A stretch of DNA of 64,000 nt from the human T2T-CHM13v2.0 reference genome, Homo sapiens: the NCBI RefSeq assembly GCF_009914755.1, contig NC_060925.1; one strand, written 5' to 3'. The notes under the pieces were generated by a model. That model did no database searches, had not been told where the DNA came from, and worked only from the letters and a program-made list of their open reading frames with translations. Positions 26,701-45,249 of this stretch are shown piece by piece. A program made the translations under genes and the position numbers. Position 1 is the stretch's first letter; the number at the start of each line of letters is the position of its first letter.

Positions 26701-29237
26701 CTAGCAGAAGCCCATAATATGTTATTAGTTCTTCAACTCCATCAGTGCTTGGATCCACATATCTTCCAGGATCCTTCCCTCTTGAGTTTGATTCTGGCTG
26801 AACTTTCTCAACAAAAGAAGCCACGGAAAAAGAGGCAATGTTTCAATAACTGCCATTTGTTAAGCAAACTTTGTTCCCAGTTGTAATTATTCTGCTTCAA
26901 AATAGCATAACAGCACAGGGTGAGAAAGTCATCCACAAAATTGTTTTCTCCATCCTCCTGCTTGATGGACAATTGTACTCTCTCTAAAAAAAAAAAGAAC
27001 TTATTTAAAATTGCATTTTGCTATTGCTCGAGCCAAGAATGTCTTCCTAACACTTAGCCTATTTTTTTGTGTGGTGGTCAATTCCATAATTCCTTTTCTA
27101 CACTTAGATGTGAAGGGAGACTCACCACCAATATAATATATCTGTAAAGCTGAAGTGAGCAGCATCTGGAAGCCAGCACATCTATATCTGTTCCAGAGTC
27201 AGAGAATCTATCCCTCAGCTACCACCTCATGGTATACAGATGGTCACAAAGGGCAGAGGTCTCTACGTGATCTGAACTTTGTCAGCCCTTCCAGCCTCAG
27301 CTCCTACTGTAGCTTCTTATCCCCGCCATGCCCTGACAATGCCAGCCAGCACTCTTGAGGCTCTCAGAAGGCACAGGGTGTGTCCAGCTTCCATGCCTTT
27401 GCTTGTGCTCTTCTCTCCATTCACTGTGGGAGCACTTACATACTGCTGGACACACAAAGCATGCAGCTCAAGAGCATGTGAATGAATTTGCACAAATCCA
27501 TTATTGGGTGTGGTATGCCAACTCTCACCAAATGTCAAGTAAATAATATATATTACAGGTTTCATTGTCAATAATATTTCTTGTGGAAATTATTACATAT
27601 CTTAATATTTTCTACTGTAGATTAAGTATGGCAAAGACTTTCAACTTTTCTGCTAAGAATTAAATTTTAATTTCTTTAGTCACCTCTTGCCTCTCATCTG
27701 ATCTATCTTTAAATAGATCCATCCAGGTTATGGTTCAATTCTTCTGACCAACACCTTTAGGAGACTATCCGATGCTTAACACTATAGTGTTAAGATACTT
27801 TATATTTTCTGAAACACAGATCAGGTTGAACAAGGATTTTGTATATCTTTTTTTGTACATAAGAGGCAGTCTAAATTATACTGTCTAGATGCTATTAGGA
27901 TTTCTTGAACATTATAAGAATTTGGGGACCACAGTATAATATCGTAATTGGAAATAGGACTGGCCTGGAAATTCTGAGACATATGGTTTCCCTGCCATGT
28001 TTCTGAATCTTACTGCTATATTTTCTTTTGTTTTGTTTTGTTTTTAATCTCACCACCTACCACAGAAAGAGGATGTTTTTTCAATGTACATGGCTACATA
28101 AGACGTTTCAAAATCATACTTACAATGTTTCATTTAATAAATATCTAGAAACAAAGCAAGTTTTTTTAGTAGATTCCATACTACTCCAATTCTCTTCTTA
28201 GTGGATGAAAATAGTCTCAAGATTTAGGGATCCAGTTACCCAGACACACAGGGGATTTACTGAACCTAAATACCACCCAGGAGCTCTAATGGGAGCTCCC
28301 AGCCTCAGCACCCCATGCATCAATTGGCAGACTTCTTTTAGTGACTAAGGCACAACTACCTGCTGTTTTCAATTACTTCTTGCTTGACAAATGCAGTGGA
28401 GGTTACTCGCATAGTTTTTGTAAACTCCACAAAGTGCAGGAAGAAATTTTCAGAAGTCTTGCCACTGTGGGGAGACTTTCAAAGGCATCTGTCATGACTG
28501 TAGGGGAGGAAGCTTGGAGGATTTTTTGCGTTAATAAAGACATCTTACAAGGGGACTTGCATTTAGGGCCCCAGAGTTTCTTCAAAGTGGTTTCTATTTT
28601 TGACTTCTTGCTCATCTGTGTTAGAGCCAAGACGTACATCAGGGATCTCAGACAGCAAATTTATGCTTCCTAAACCTTCTGTACGCATCAAGAAATGTAG
28701 TTTAATGACTTGTTGGGAATGTTCGTATAGGTCATTTGTTGTTATTTGTTTGTTTGGCCCATTGCATCTTAAACAACACAATAAAACATTTGTATTGCCC
28801 TTTCCGAGAATGCACTGCCAGGTGGATAAAAAGTAAAAGAGACTGATTTAAATAACAAAGATACTGACACTCTCCTGTAGACTCTTTGTTAGACTTTAGC
28901 AACTTCTATGAGGGGATAATATGCTATTGATCTCCCATTAGCATGATTTTAAAAGGTCTTATTTATTTAACCATGTGCATTGAAAAAGATTCTCTTTCTA
29001 TCTTACATAGTAAGTAATACTCAAAACAAAACAAAAGAAAACATAGCAATAAGATTCAGAAACACGGCAGGGAAACCATATGCCTCAGAATTTCCAGGCC
29101 CATTTCTAGTTATGATATTGGATACTGTGGCACTGCCTGGCCTCTCCATATACCATATGGAGCAGGGTCCTGACTTGGCACACACCATGATACTTCATGA
29201 GCCTACAAACAGCAAATACAGAGTGAGTTTCCCAGCG

Positions 29238-30000
29238 TAGAATCCCAGAATGCCAGAGTTGGAAAGGTACTTAGAGATGGCAGAATGCAGTCCTCTTTTG
29301 TTTTGTTTTGTTTTTTAAATAAGATCTGGGCCCAGGGAGTTGATGTCACTTGCCCAAAGATAACTGATTAATGGCAGAGTTAAAGCTAGAGACCCAAGTT
29401 CCTCACTCTCAGTCCGGACATATTCCACTCAGTGCCATATATTCATTGCTTCTTTGGTGTTCATTGCTCCCAAGGAGCATGGGAACCAACGTTCTGGCTT
29501 CGTCTTATAAACAAACATAGTGAAAGACAGAAGAGCCTGTCATCAGCTGCCATCTCATCACCAAAATTATCTCCACATCTCTAGGATTTCCTGAGCTACC
29601 CATAGGAACTAGGCAGTGGCACTGATCATTGTTGTTACCAACAACCCTTCCCCATGAATCTCTGACCCTGCACCCCCAGCAAAGAGGATTGCCACATGGA
29701 GAGGATAAATAGAATTGTTATGAGCAAATGGTAATAATACTTGTAACCATAATTATGGCTAAAACAATATTGAGTATTTAGAACATATTATATATAATGC
29801 CAATCACATGCATTGTCTCATTTAACTCTCATAGCAACTTCATGAAATTAAATACTCATATTATCCTCATTTCCAGATAAGAAAAATGAGGCCTACACAG
29901 ATAGATGAACTTGCCTAAGCTTATATACCTAGGAAGTAACAAAGCAGGGATTTGAACAGAGACCATCCAGCTCCAAAGTTAGCATCTTCCTAACTGTGCT
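29238..30000 (-). mobile_element. Two MIR fragments (~29238-29440 and ~29760-30000)
   Basis: MIR core ATTATCCTCATTTCCAGATAAGAAAAATGAGGC and ACTTGCCCAAAG. Confidence 0.65.
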
Positions 30001-30388
30001 TATGAGATAGACAGGGAGGGGAAGGTAGGTGAAAATTTCAGGGGGAAAAACACAGTGTGTGCAAAGATGTACAGGATATGAGAGCAAATGCTGTTCAAGG
30101 AACTACAAGGATTCAGTGTGCCCGCACCCCAGGGTGAGCGCAGTGAATCCAATGGCTGAGGCCTAGTTTGGAAAGGAGGAAGGGAGTCTGATCATGAGAG
30201 CAATGCATGGGAGTTAGATTTTATCTCAGGCAGGAACATCAGGAAGGAAGAAAAGAAGATCTAGTAAAATACTTGGGAAATAAAGTTACATAGGACCTAC
30301 TGATTTCCTATTCATCTGTCTAAATCGCCTTCTATGTGACATGAAAAAGGTGACCTACTCCCCATACACATTGGTAGTTTTTCTTTTA

Positions 30389-30675
<287 letters not shown>

Positions 30676-31633
30676 TCAGTTTTTTTCTTAGTTTCAAACT
30701 TGGTTCTTTTATTCCACTTCAAATTCAACAAATCTTATTAGAACAGACATGTGTTATTCAATTAAATTCAGGTTTCATTTTAACATTGATTAGATTTTGA
30801 AGGAGGGATTGTCGACATAGAAGAACCAATGAGTCAGATACAGCTAATAAGCTTCCAAACCTTGGAGCAGAGATGCTGTCTCATCTAGGAGATGTTTCAT
30901 TCCAACAGGGAGATGGCATTTTCCATATTTTTCTTGATTATTTTCTTTGCAAGATTAACATGAGTAATTGAAAGAGAGTTGGAATTAGCATATTGAGGGG
31001 ATTGTTTATTATTTATGAGATAGAAATCACACTCCTATATAACCAAACTCATTAAGGCTCACATAATGTTTTTTCCATCTTCTACAGACATAATTCCCAT
31101 AACAAGTAAGTAGTTTACACATCCCCAAAGTACATGAAACTCTCTGAGATCCAAGTTTATGATCCAGGAGTGGATGGCATCATCCTGACCTGAGCCCTTT
31201 CTCCATCCCAGCGGTACTGCCCCAAAACATGCTTCCAGAAATAATAGGTGGGAAATAGCCATTGCAAATTGATTTCCACCTGGCCCCAACATACAGGGAC
31301 TTGGCTGTTCCTGCACATGCAGCTTGGACCCGGTAATCAGCTCTGCACCCTCTCATTGGCTCTGCCTGTCCCTTTTGTGCCCTGTTTGGCATCTCTAGCC
31401 GACTTCCCACTGTGTCCCCTCCCCTGGCTTACAATCCTCTCTGCCACCCTTCCCATCATTTAAGCCCTTGCTCTGGTGCTTGAGAATTTCTTCCTCAGTA
31501 GGCTCGAAAGACGAAACACAAAAATTTGCCCTTCGTCCCCTTCCCTGGGTACTGTTACCTCGCCAGTTTCCTCACCAGTAAGATGCTTCTTCCAGGGTTG
31601 AATCAGTGAGCAACCCTGCTGTGCTCATGGAAA

Positions 31634-32408
31634 TGATATGGACAGGAGACAGGGAAACACTGGGTAGAAGAGGGTGGTTCCCTGGCAAAGGCCCTACCCT
31701 CAAGCCTGGATACCCGCGGCCCTAAGTGAGAACAAGCATTCCTGTTTTTGCGCTCAAAAAGTTGCCTTTTGTCCCACCATGCCCCCTATCCTGTACCCAT
31801 ATAAACCCTGAACCCCACGCTCCAGAAGCAGACGAGGAAGACAAGACAAACGGCAGAACAGCGCGGCAGAGAAGGAGCGAAAAGAAGGAACATCCGGAGG
31901 AGTTCGGCTGGGGACAGTCAGAGAATCGGCTGCTGGACGGCCAAACTGCAGGGGAAGATCATCTTCCCACTCCATCCCCTGTCCAGCTCCCATTCCATCC
32001 CACTGTGAACCACCTCCACCAATCAATAAAACCCCCACATTCATCCTTCAAGTCCATGTGTGACTGGGACTCTGTACAGAGCTCAGGGTACAGAAAGTTA
32101 TCACACTGGCCCCCTGTCCCTGCAAAAAAGGCAAAGGGTCCACTGAACTGGTTCACCCTTAAGCCACCCGGGGACGGCAAATCTAAGAGAGTGCACTGTA
32201 AGATGCACCGACTTGGGCTTTGGGAGTCGCAGACACCCACCCCTGAATGCTGCCTTGGCGCCGGAGCCCAAAAGCACTTGCCTGGTTCCTGCACCTGCCT
32301 GTCTGCATGCATCCCCTCCCGTAAGGGGATTGAGCTCCAGGCAGCCAAACCTACAGCCACACCCCTGTCACATGTCCTGCGAGGTGGGTGCGGGGAACTC
32401 CCATTTCA
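31634..32408 (+). mobile_element. LTR1-family (HUERS-P2) ERV1 solo LTR
   Basis: TGATATGGACAGGAGACAGGGAAACACTGGGTAGAAGAGGG ... GGAACTCCCATTTCA; CATATAAA and AATAAA; near-TSD GAAA/GTAA. Confidence 0.85.
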
Positions 32409-32439
32409 GTAAGTTCCAGGTGAGTCTTAGCCATCCACC

Positions 32440-32556
32440 AAAGTATCAGCTCCACAAAGGCAGGGATTTGGGTTTGTTTGGTTGACAGCGGTGTCCCCAG
32501 TATCTAGAACAGTGCTTGGAAGACAGTTGATGTTCAATAAATATTTGTTGAATGAA
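32440..32556 (+). mobile_element. L2 3' end
   Basis: AGCTCCACAAAGGCAGGGA...TAGAACAGTGCTTGG...TCAATAAATATTTGTTGAATGAA. Confidence 0.8.
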
Positions 32557-32778
32557 AAAGTGAATGTATTCGTGTAGTAAGTTCTTAAGAAATAAAAATT
32601 TTACATTTAAAATTAATTAAATCTATTTATCTTTTCCCTTCAGGTGCCTGTTTTGGTGACATGATGAGAAAATTATTAACACCTCCAAATTTATGAAACT
32701 TTTTTCACAAATGCATATATCTACTTAAAATCTGTATGTAATATATCTACATACATATGTGTGTGTGTATATATAGGG

Positions 32779-32804
32779 GTGTGTGTGTGTGTGTGTGTGT
32801 GTGT
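32779..32804. repeat. (GT)n microsatellite
   Basis: About 13 GT units. Confidence 0.95.
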
Positions 32805-32807
32805 ATA

Positions 32808-33238
32808 CAGCTGACTCTTGAAGGGTTTTAACTGCACTGGTTCACTTATACACAGATTTTCTTCCACTTCTGCCACCCCTGGATAGCAAGACCACCTCCT
32901 CCTCCTCAGCCTACTCAATGTGAAGACACCCAGGATGAAGACCTTGATGATGATCCACTTCCACTTAATGAAAGTAAATCTATTTTCTCTTCCTTATTTT
33001 CTTAATAACATTTTCCTTTTTCTAGCTTACTTTATTGTAAGAATGCAGTATATAATACATATAAGATACAAAATATATGTTAGTTGACAGTTTATGTTAT
33101 CTGTAAGGCTTCTGGTCAACTACTACTAATAGTAGGCTATTAGTAGTTAAGTTTTTGAAGAGTCAAAAATTACATGCAAATTAGCCACTGGGCAGGAGGT
33201 CGGCACCCTTAACCTCCACATTGTTTTAGGGTCAACCA
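32808..33238 (+). mobile_element. Tigger2a (MER28)-like DNA transposon
   Basis: Homologous to the copy at 20645-21391; CAGCTGACTCTTGAA ... AGGGTCAACCA. Confidence 0.85.
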
Positions 33239-33371
33239 TATACAGAGATGGGGAGAATAAGAAAGAGAAAGAGAGAGAGAGAGAGGATTCAATTTCACCG
33301 AGTATTTTTTAATGTACCAGATCCTGTGAAATACTGTGTGTGTATTTTCCCATTTAGTCTTCATGATTTAT

Positions 33372-33688
<317 letters not shown>

Positions 33689-33950
33689 ATCTTCGTGATT
33701 GTCTAATCATGACAAAACTTTGTGCCAAATATCATTACTCCCAGTTTTTTTTCCAGACTAAGAAACAAAGGCTGGAGATTAGGATACCTTATCTATATTC
33801 ACACAAAGATGACATTTATATTTAAATTTTAGATTTAAAGTTTTAATCCACCATAAATTTATGTTGATATGAATATAGCTTATCGTTTAGGGTTATTTTC
33901 AAGTTCATGGCTTTTTGGCTCCAAAATCCATCAGAACTGCATGGAAGACT

Positions 33951-34000
33951 ACACACACACACACACACAGACACACACACACACACACACACACGCACAC
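33951..34000. repeat. (CA)n microsatellite, interrupted
   Basis: About 25 CA units with two interruptions. Confidence 0.95.
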
Positions 34001-34204
34001 TTGCCTATATGCAGAGAGAGAGAGAATGTGTGAAGAGGATCAATATCTCTCATCAGATTCTTTAAATGGTTCATAACCTGAAGATGATTATAAATCATCA
34101 GTCTAAGAGATGATTTTGTTCTAAATGGAAAGCCCAGTCTTCCTAATACTGTGTATTAAAAACCATCATTTTCCCTGGTAATTTAAAATGTTATCTTTAT
34201 AAAT

Positions 34205-34430
34205 AGCTAGAGCTCTGATGTCAGGAAGACCTGGATTTGACTCACAATTCAACCACCTGTGAATTGTGATCATATGCAAGTGACTTGACCTGTCTGAAGC
34301 TATATCCACATCTGTAAAATGGGATAATACAGTATCTCATAAGCCCAGTTCTAGGATAAATTAGGTAATACATGCAGGGTACTCAGCAGTGAGTCTGCTT
34401 CATAGTAAACCTTCAATAAAAGTTAGCATT
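34205..34430 (+). mobile_element. MIR
   Basis: GCAAGTGACTTGACCTGTCTGAAGC...CATCTGTAAAATGGGATAATA core. Confidence 0.8.
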
Positions 34431-34657
34431 ATTAATATAATACCCATATATACTGTGTTCTGGTCTTGAATTTTCTATATCACCCACTTATGTGGATACG
34501 TTTGCCTATTACTCCAAGATGCGAATATTTAAAGGGTCTTGGCTATATTGCCAAATCGCTTTCAAGGAAGTCTATACCAATTTACATCTGCATCCCCCAT
34601 AGGCAACCTATCAGTGCCACATCTGCCACTCATCAGCACAGTGCATTCTGATCTTAA

Positions 34658-35029
<372 letters not shown>

Positions 35030-35104
35030 CCATGTTTCTTTGTTTCCTAATGAGGCTTTCTATTTTCCCCAAGTTTATTGACAATGTGTATTTCCTTTAA
35101 GTGA

Positions 35105-35500
35105 ATGGCAGAGATGGCTGTTCTCCCCTTTTATGGGAACAGCAAAGCCAGACATGTGGCCACAGGACCCAACACATTTCCCAGTCTCCCTTGCTGAGTG
35201 TGCATATGTCACCAAATTCTCAACAAAACAATGTGTGCAACTTTCATCTCACATGAAGGAGAGGAACTGTCTATTTTCTTCCCACTGGCTATGCAGATTT
35301 CTCCACAGCCCATCTTCAACCATGCAGATGGGGAAAATGCCTTATGGTAGGGGGAAGCAACAATCTGGAAGTCATCCAGGTTTCTGCCTGTGAGGAAAGG
35401 AGCGGCCCCGGGGCACTCCCTGGGATAGTTAGATGGCAGAGATAGAAACTTCTATGCTCTTTACGATATTTAAAAAAAAAATTTTGTTACAGCAGCTTAT
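35105..35500 (+). mobile_element. Old ERVL-type LTR (LTR33-like)
   Basis: ACATTTCCCAGTCTCCCTTGC and TTTGTTACAGCAGC motifs. Confidence 0.5.
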
Positions 35501-35660
35501 TATTTGTATTATTAATAAATATTCTTTGTCCATTTATTCATTGGAATATTAGCACTTTTTATTGATTTGTGGGAATTCTTTGCTCTATTTGAGGGAAACA
35601 TCTTTATGTAGTCAATTTCATTATGCTTTCTTGTGTGACATCTTCCTTTGCATTAGCTTA

Positions 35661-35996
<336 letters not shown>

Positions 35997-36682
35997 CTAT
36001 ATAGACATTACATTTATTCCCTTTTTATGATTTTCGGACTTCTCGTTTAATTCATTGATCTAGCTGTTCTTATTATATTGAATGAGTGGATAAAATATTT
36101 CAACATCAGTTTCCCAAATAATTAGTTTATTCTCACTTCTCAGCACCTTTTATAAAACAATGCCTCCTTTTCCTGATGATTATGATGCTATCGTCATCAT
36201 ACTCTATATATCAGTTATCTATTTTAGGATCTGTTTCAGAATTTTATATTCTGAATCACTCATCAGTCTCTTCTAGCACCAGTTCTACATTGCTTTAATA
36301 ATTGTAGCATAAATTTGGGCAAATCTCTTTTTATTACTGTGGCAAGGTAAGTCAGGGCATTTGCCACGATGTTGTAAAATTTAAAGAAAGCATTTTATGG
36401 AGAAACAATATAAATCAAGGATTAGCAGAGGAAGCACATGATTCCCTGTTCTCTCATCATTCCACAGAGAAGTGTTCCAGTCCAGGGCACTGCTGGGCAC
36501 ACAGTGAGTGGGGCTGTGATCTAAAAGGGACTCTGCCTTCCCTACTCTACCTGGTTATAGTCAAGCATAATATCTGCTTTACATATGCATGTGCCCTGTA
36601 CATTCACATTCACTCTTTTTCCTTCTTTACCCTTATATCAACAGAAAATCACATAATATATAATCAATTTAATATATGTTGT

Positions 36683-37106
<424 letters not shown>

Positions 37107-37130
37107 TTAAACTGCTAAAAAACAAAACAA

Positions 37131-37457
<327 letters not shown>

Positions 37458-37710
37458 TTAAATGGGAAACAAAACAATGATACTTTTTTTCACCATTATT
37501 CTTTAACATTGTTCTGGAATTTCTAGTCAATGCAATAAAACCTGACAGAAATAAGACATTATTATTAGAATTGTAATAATACAAAGATATCAATATTTTC
37601 AGACAATACTCAGCATTTTCCAGGTATAAAGCTATGCTGTTTAAAGTCTGTCTTAGTCCATTCAGGCTATTATAATAAAATATCTTGGACTGGGTAGTTT
37701 ATAAAGAACA

Positions 37711-37841
37711 GGTCTGGTGTAGAGACTCACACCTTTAATCCCAACACTTTCAGAGGCTGATGCAGGAGGATTGCTTGAGGCCAGGAGTTTGAGACCAGCC
37801 TGGGCAATTCAGCGAGATTCCATCTCTACAAAACCAAAACA
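37711..37841 (+). mobile_element. FLAM_C-like Alu monomer
   Basis: Monomer ending ATCTCTACAAAA. Confidence 0.8.
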
Positions 37842-37842
37842 A

Positions 37843-38200
<358 letters not shown>

Positions 38201-38582
38201 TTATAGTTCCAGAGGCTGAAAGTCCAAGATCAAGGCACTGGCAGATTGAATGTCTTGAGAAGGCCACTTCCTCATAAATGATGATCTTCTCACTTTAATC
38301 TCACATGGTAGAAAGGGCAAGGCAACTCTCTAGGCCTCTTTCATGAGGGCACGAATCCCATTCATGAAAGTGGGCCCCTCATGACTTCATCATCTCCCAG
38401 AGGCCCTGTCTTCTAACACCACCACCTTGTTTCAGCATAGGAATTTTGCAGAAGTCGGGGGTAGGACACAAACATTCAGATCATAGCAGTCTTATCAGAA
38501 AAGATAAACAGGTAAATGCACATAAGATGATTTTGGAAAAGAAAACTAATTATTAGAAACCAGCAAGATTATCCAGTGAATG

Positions 38583-39275
38583 ATGATTGAAATCCCAGAT
38601 TGTCAGGCTGTGAGCCAGTCAGAGCTGAAGACACCTCTTCCATCCTGGGAGGGACTGTGGCCAGGACTCGAGCTCTCAAGGTCTGGGTACTGTCTTTCCC
38701 CATAGCTCGAAACCACAAGGTGCCTGCAGTTGACCACTCCCTGAAGACCTAGCTTCAAAGCACAGACAGCTTTGTGTCTAACTCTGGTAGTAAACATATC
38801 CCCCATACAAGACCACTCTCATGCCGGCACTATAAAAAGATAGAGTAGCTGGTGGGGAGAGGAAGTCTTCCCCTGGACACAGCATCTCGGTCGTTTAGCG
38901 CTGTGGACCCTGTACACCTCGCTGTGGAATGATGACAGAAGGGAAGATCTTGTGCCTTCTCTTGTTGATCTTTGGTGTGGACATTCCCCAATAAAGCCTG
39001 TTCCTTATAGCCATACTTCATGACTTCGTGACATTTATTTAGCTAACGTCACCTGCATTTTCCCCTTTGGTCCCCAGTACGGGACAAATTCTGTTCATTC
39101 TAGTTAAGGCTTCTGGAATGACCCAGCCCAGGGTGGGAGATCACTCCTTGGGTGCAGGGGCAGGTCACCCGGCTGAGTGTGACTGTGGTACCTACATCAC
39201 AGATCACAGGAGCCCTTGGTATTGGTTTCCATAGGAATGGGAGACTGAGGGAGATAAGACTGCCTAGGATTCAAT
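38583..39275 (+). mobile_element. Possible old LTR, family unassigned
   Basis: TATAAAAA at 38831 followed by AATAAA at 38990 in LTR-like spacing; moderately GC-rich island. Confidence 0.35.
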
Positions 39276-41200
39276 CCCATAGCTTTTCCTCAGGAATCTA
39301 TAGTTCTTTTAAGAGGTAAGGGTTAAAAAGGATGGGAGAAAGCCTCAAAACTACACTTCCATCCCATCCTACCCCCAATAGAAGTCCACAGTATCTTATT
39401 TTAGGATTCTTATATCATATCCTCTATAAGTAAACTTGGCCTGTGGTTTCATGTCTTTATTTAAAATGTTGATATTTTGTTCATTATGGATCCTTTTGCA
39501 CTAACTTTGAGTTTTTACAACACTTCATTTAAATGGTATTTATTCTGATTACTTCACTCTAGTCTCTACACTTCCTGAAATTCTCAATTAGGCCAAGTCC
39601 TCTTTACGAATTGGAGCAGCTTTCCATCCCCTTTCTGAGGAGGTGAGTCTCTCCTGACCTGGAGAGACCACAATGGCCTCCCCAGAGAGGGGTGATGATC
39701 CCCGTAAGCAGTATCCCCACCTCCTTTCACCATTTCTAGCCCTATGACCAGACTCAAGCCAGAACTCAGACTGACCCATCTGGTGAGTATGTCCTGGTTG
39801 TTTAAAGTGGGCATCATGCTAATTGGACTGGCTTCTGTAGCCAGTCCTTGTCTGTTGTTAAATACGTTGGCTCTTACCCAAACATGTCTAATCAGTGTCA
39901 TAATAGTATGTCAAAGTGATCAGCATTTTTCTTTAAAAAGTCTATTTGATGTCATTGATATGTTGAATTCTCCTACAAGAATTGTGTTTCTGTCTATTGC
40001 TAATTTGATTTGTAGAAGTTTTGTCTCTAGATAGATAGATAGATTTTTTTTCACAATTCAGCTTATAAAGTTTAGATGAAGACATTCACATTTTCATTAC
40101 CCATTTTTTTAAATTGGAAATTACCTATAAAACTGTCTGGACTGGATGATTGTAGAAAACTTGAAATATAGAGAAATAAACAAAGAAAACCATAAAAATT
40201 CCCTATAATCCCTCAACCAGCGACAGGTCTTATTAACATTTTGGTTGTATATTTTATGAAAACTAAGATTACAAAGAATACAATACTTTGTATCAGCTAT
40301 TTTCCTTATCCATCACACTGGAGAATCAAAAGAATTATCAGCTATCTGAAGGTGGCAAATTGCTTAAGAGACACATAAGCATATTATCTGAGCTTTGGAG
40401 GTAATCACCAGGAGAACCAAAAACAGAAAGGGTCAGGGATGGTGGCCTTTGGGAATGGGTGTTCTGGAGTGAGATTGAAGGGACAGTTTATTTCTTATTT
40501 TGCACCCTTCTGTTGAATTTTGAATTTTAATGTGTTTATATATTTCTTCTTAAATGATAAAACATTTATAATAGATTTAAAAAATATATACATGTTTGAA
40601 TATTAATAAAAGAGGTACAGGAAAATATGGAGAAAAGATGGGTATGAAGATACTGGACTTCAGCATTCTACATATTTACATTCATATGTAAAATATGTAC
40701 ATACCACTTTAGAACACATGTCAGGAGCCAAGCTATGGACATAAATGCTTCTTTCATTTTATTCACTAATTTGTTTATTTTATTTTTAGTAACAGTAATA
40801 CATATAATTGTAGAAAATGTAAAGTATAGAGAAGTATCTGTAATAATCCTATATAGCCACATCTAAAGTCAGATTCTATTAACATTTTATTGTGTATTTT
40901 ATCAATACTAAGATAACAAAGTACATAATATTTTGCATCGTCTTTTTTCACTTAGTAAATACATTAGAAACATTTTTTGCAATGTTCTTAATTATTTTTT
41001 TGCATTGCCACTAGTAAATGCTTTCACAATAATCTGTATGCTATAACTGACTTAAAAAACTTCTTGTTTATGTGGTTGTTTTTTCCTTTTCTTTTTGCTG
41101 TTATATCAGGTTCTGGGGATAGATGGCTTGGATCCGTAACTTACTAATTGTGCATTTGTGAGTAACTCACCTAATGGCTAAGTCTGAGTAGTCTTCTTTG

Positions 41201-41500
41201 TTTTTCTTTTTTTTTTTGAGACAGAATTTCACTCTTGTCCCCCAGGCTGGAGTGCAGTGGCGTGATCTCATCTCACTGCAACCTTCATCTCCCGGGTTGA
41301 AGTGATTCTCCTGTCTCAGCCTCCCGAGTAGCTGGGATTACAGGCGCCCACCACCACGTCTGGCTAATTTTTGTATTTTTAGTAGAGATGGGGTTTCACC
41401 ATGTTGGCCAGGCTGGTCTCGAACTCCTGACCTCAGGTGATTTGTCCACCTTGGCCTCCCAAAGTGCTGGTATTACAGGCGTGAGCCACCGCACCTGGCC
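41201..41500 (-). mobile_element. Alu (AluSq/Sx-like) inserted in a MIR
   Basis: TSD AGTCTTCTTTG; MIR-like flanks ~41110-41630. Confidence 0.93.
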
Positions 41501-41884
41501 AAGTCTTCTTTGCTAATGAAAATTATGAACAGAGTGCCTCATGAGGTTTTTACAAGGATGAAATGAGATAATGTATATTACAACTTTAGCATAACACTCG
41601 GCACATGGTAAGCACGGAATGAATAACTGATTTTATTCAAGGTATTGGCATAAACATATTTGTAGATAAATTTTTGTGCACATTATGATTTGTTTAGATG
41701 AGATCTTACAGGTAAAATAGCTGAATCAAAGATGTATTCATAAAAGTTTTGATAGGTATGGCTAAGCTGTCACTGGGGAACATTAACAATATATCAAAGA
41801 TTCTTTTGCCTGAAATACAGTAGTTGTAGGTAGCTTTCACTTCCTTTCTTTATCAGCTTGTATAATTGGTTAATTTAAAGTTTG

Positions 41885-42522
<638 letters not shown>

Positions 42523-43951
42523 CACATGCTCAAATTTTTAAAATGATTTAATGAAAATAGACATAACTAGAAATTCTGGTATTCCCCTTCCTTACCCCAG
42601 GGGGTCATCCCAAACACATGCATGCCCCCACTTTGAAATCACCTACTTAGAGTTAACTAACTCGTCCATGGCCGTATGAGGGGCAGAACAGAACTAGAAT
42701 TGTGGTCTTCTAGCCCCAAGTTGTATTTACTGCTACTAAATTGTCCTGCTTCCTATCAAATATATACCCAACTTAGAACTGGGCCAAGGTGAACTGGGAT
42801 AATAGTTTTCACTCTTGTAAAGTCTATATTTTGAAATATCTTATAACCACAAATAACTGAACTTTAGATTTAAGGCTAATATTAAAGGCACACTTGTGCT
42901 AACTTAGAATCCCCCACATTGACTTTAAGGTTATATCTGAGGAGAAGCTCCAAATTATTAATTTTCTGCCAGTCTAGCATAACCCTGACTTAAACCTGTG
43001 GTATATTCTTGGAAAGCTCCTCCACCCCTACCACAATACACTTCCTGAGCCATCTTTAAAAATTCTAAAATTATAACTCAAAGAGATTTCTTTAGGAACA
43101 CAAGTGTGTCCTCTTGCTCTTGAAGAAAAAAAAACAGAGGTCATATTTTTCTCCATCCAAATATCCTCACAGTTGCAAATAACTTTACAACTTCATAAAC
43201 TGAATTTCTGAAAAATGTCTAGTTTGATATGACCAGAATTCTCCTTAACTAATATTATTAACTAAAACTGGAGCTTTTATACTTCAGAAAGAGCTAAGAA
43301 AAATAGAAAAGCTACAAGGTATAGATAGCTTCATGGAAAGTCCTGACTTTGTCATTGGGATGAACACGAAAGGATCATCATTACAACTCCGGGCACAGCA
43401 TGTTCTTAGTTACTTAGCTCAAGCGTTTCTCAAACCGGGCTCACATTTATAGTCGTAGGGCTCTGAGTTCTCTTGAAGGATTGTGTGTGCATCTGCATGT
43501 GCCTGCGTGTGCATGCACTTTCAAAGCATGGTAATCTGACCTATGCTTGTGTGGGATGCATATCTGGACAGTCTGAATGGTCCGGTTAACCTCAAGTGCT
43601 ACCATTCAGTTTTCAGGGCTTGGCTTTGCGCTTGGGTCTGTGACTGCAGTGGTGCTGAGTAGGGCTGGTCTTATTACCGTGGGCTAAATTTGTCAGGACT
43701 CCGTTGCCAATCATAAAAACTGAATCCAAACTAGCTGCTTTGCAAAAGAGACAGGGACACCTACACCACAAGCCCTGTGTCCTGCAAAGATCAAATATGG
43801 TTAATTGAGGAAAAACCTTTCAAGCCAGAAGTGACAGAATACACCAGTCTCCCAGACTTTCCTTATCCCGGTGAGAGATGTGCCAGGGCCAGGCAGTGCG
43901 AGAATGCACGCAGTATGCAGGGACTCCACATCTATAATGTGCTACATTTTT

Positions 43952-45249
<1,298 letters not shown>

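Noticed and set aside
28341-28836. Cluster of 72-110 aa ORFs on both strands in unique sequence, possible pseudogene
   Set aside because: No recognisable protein similarity, no poly-A/TSD hallmark, no convincing exon structure.
31726-32412. 228-aa ORF
   Set aside because: GTG start, lies almost entirely within the LTR1 solo LTR, no recognisable domain; GC-rich LTRs often give long open frames.
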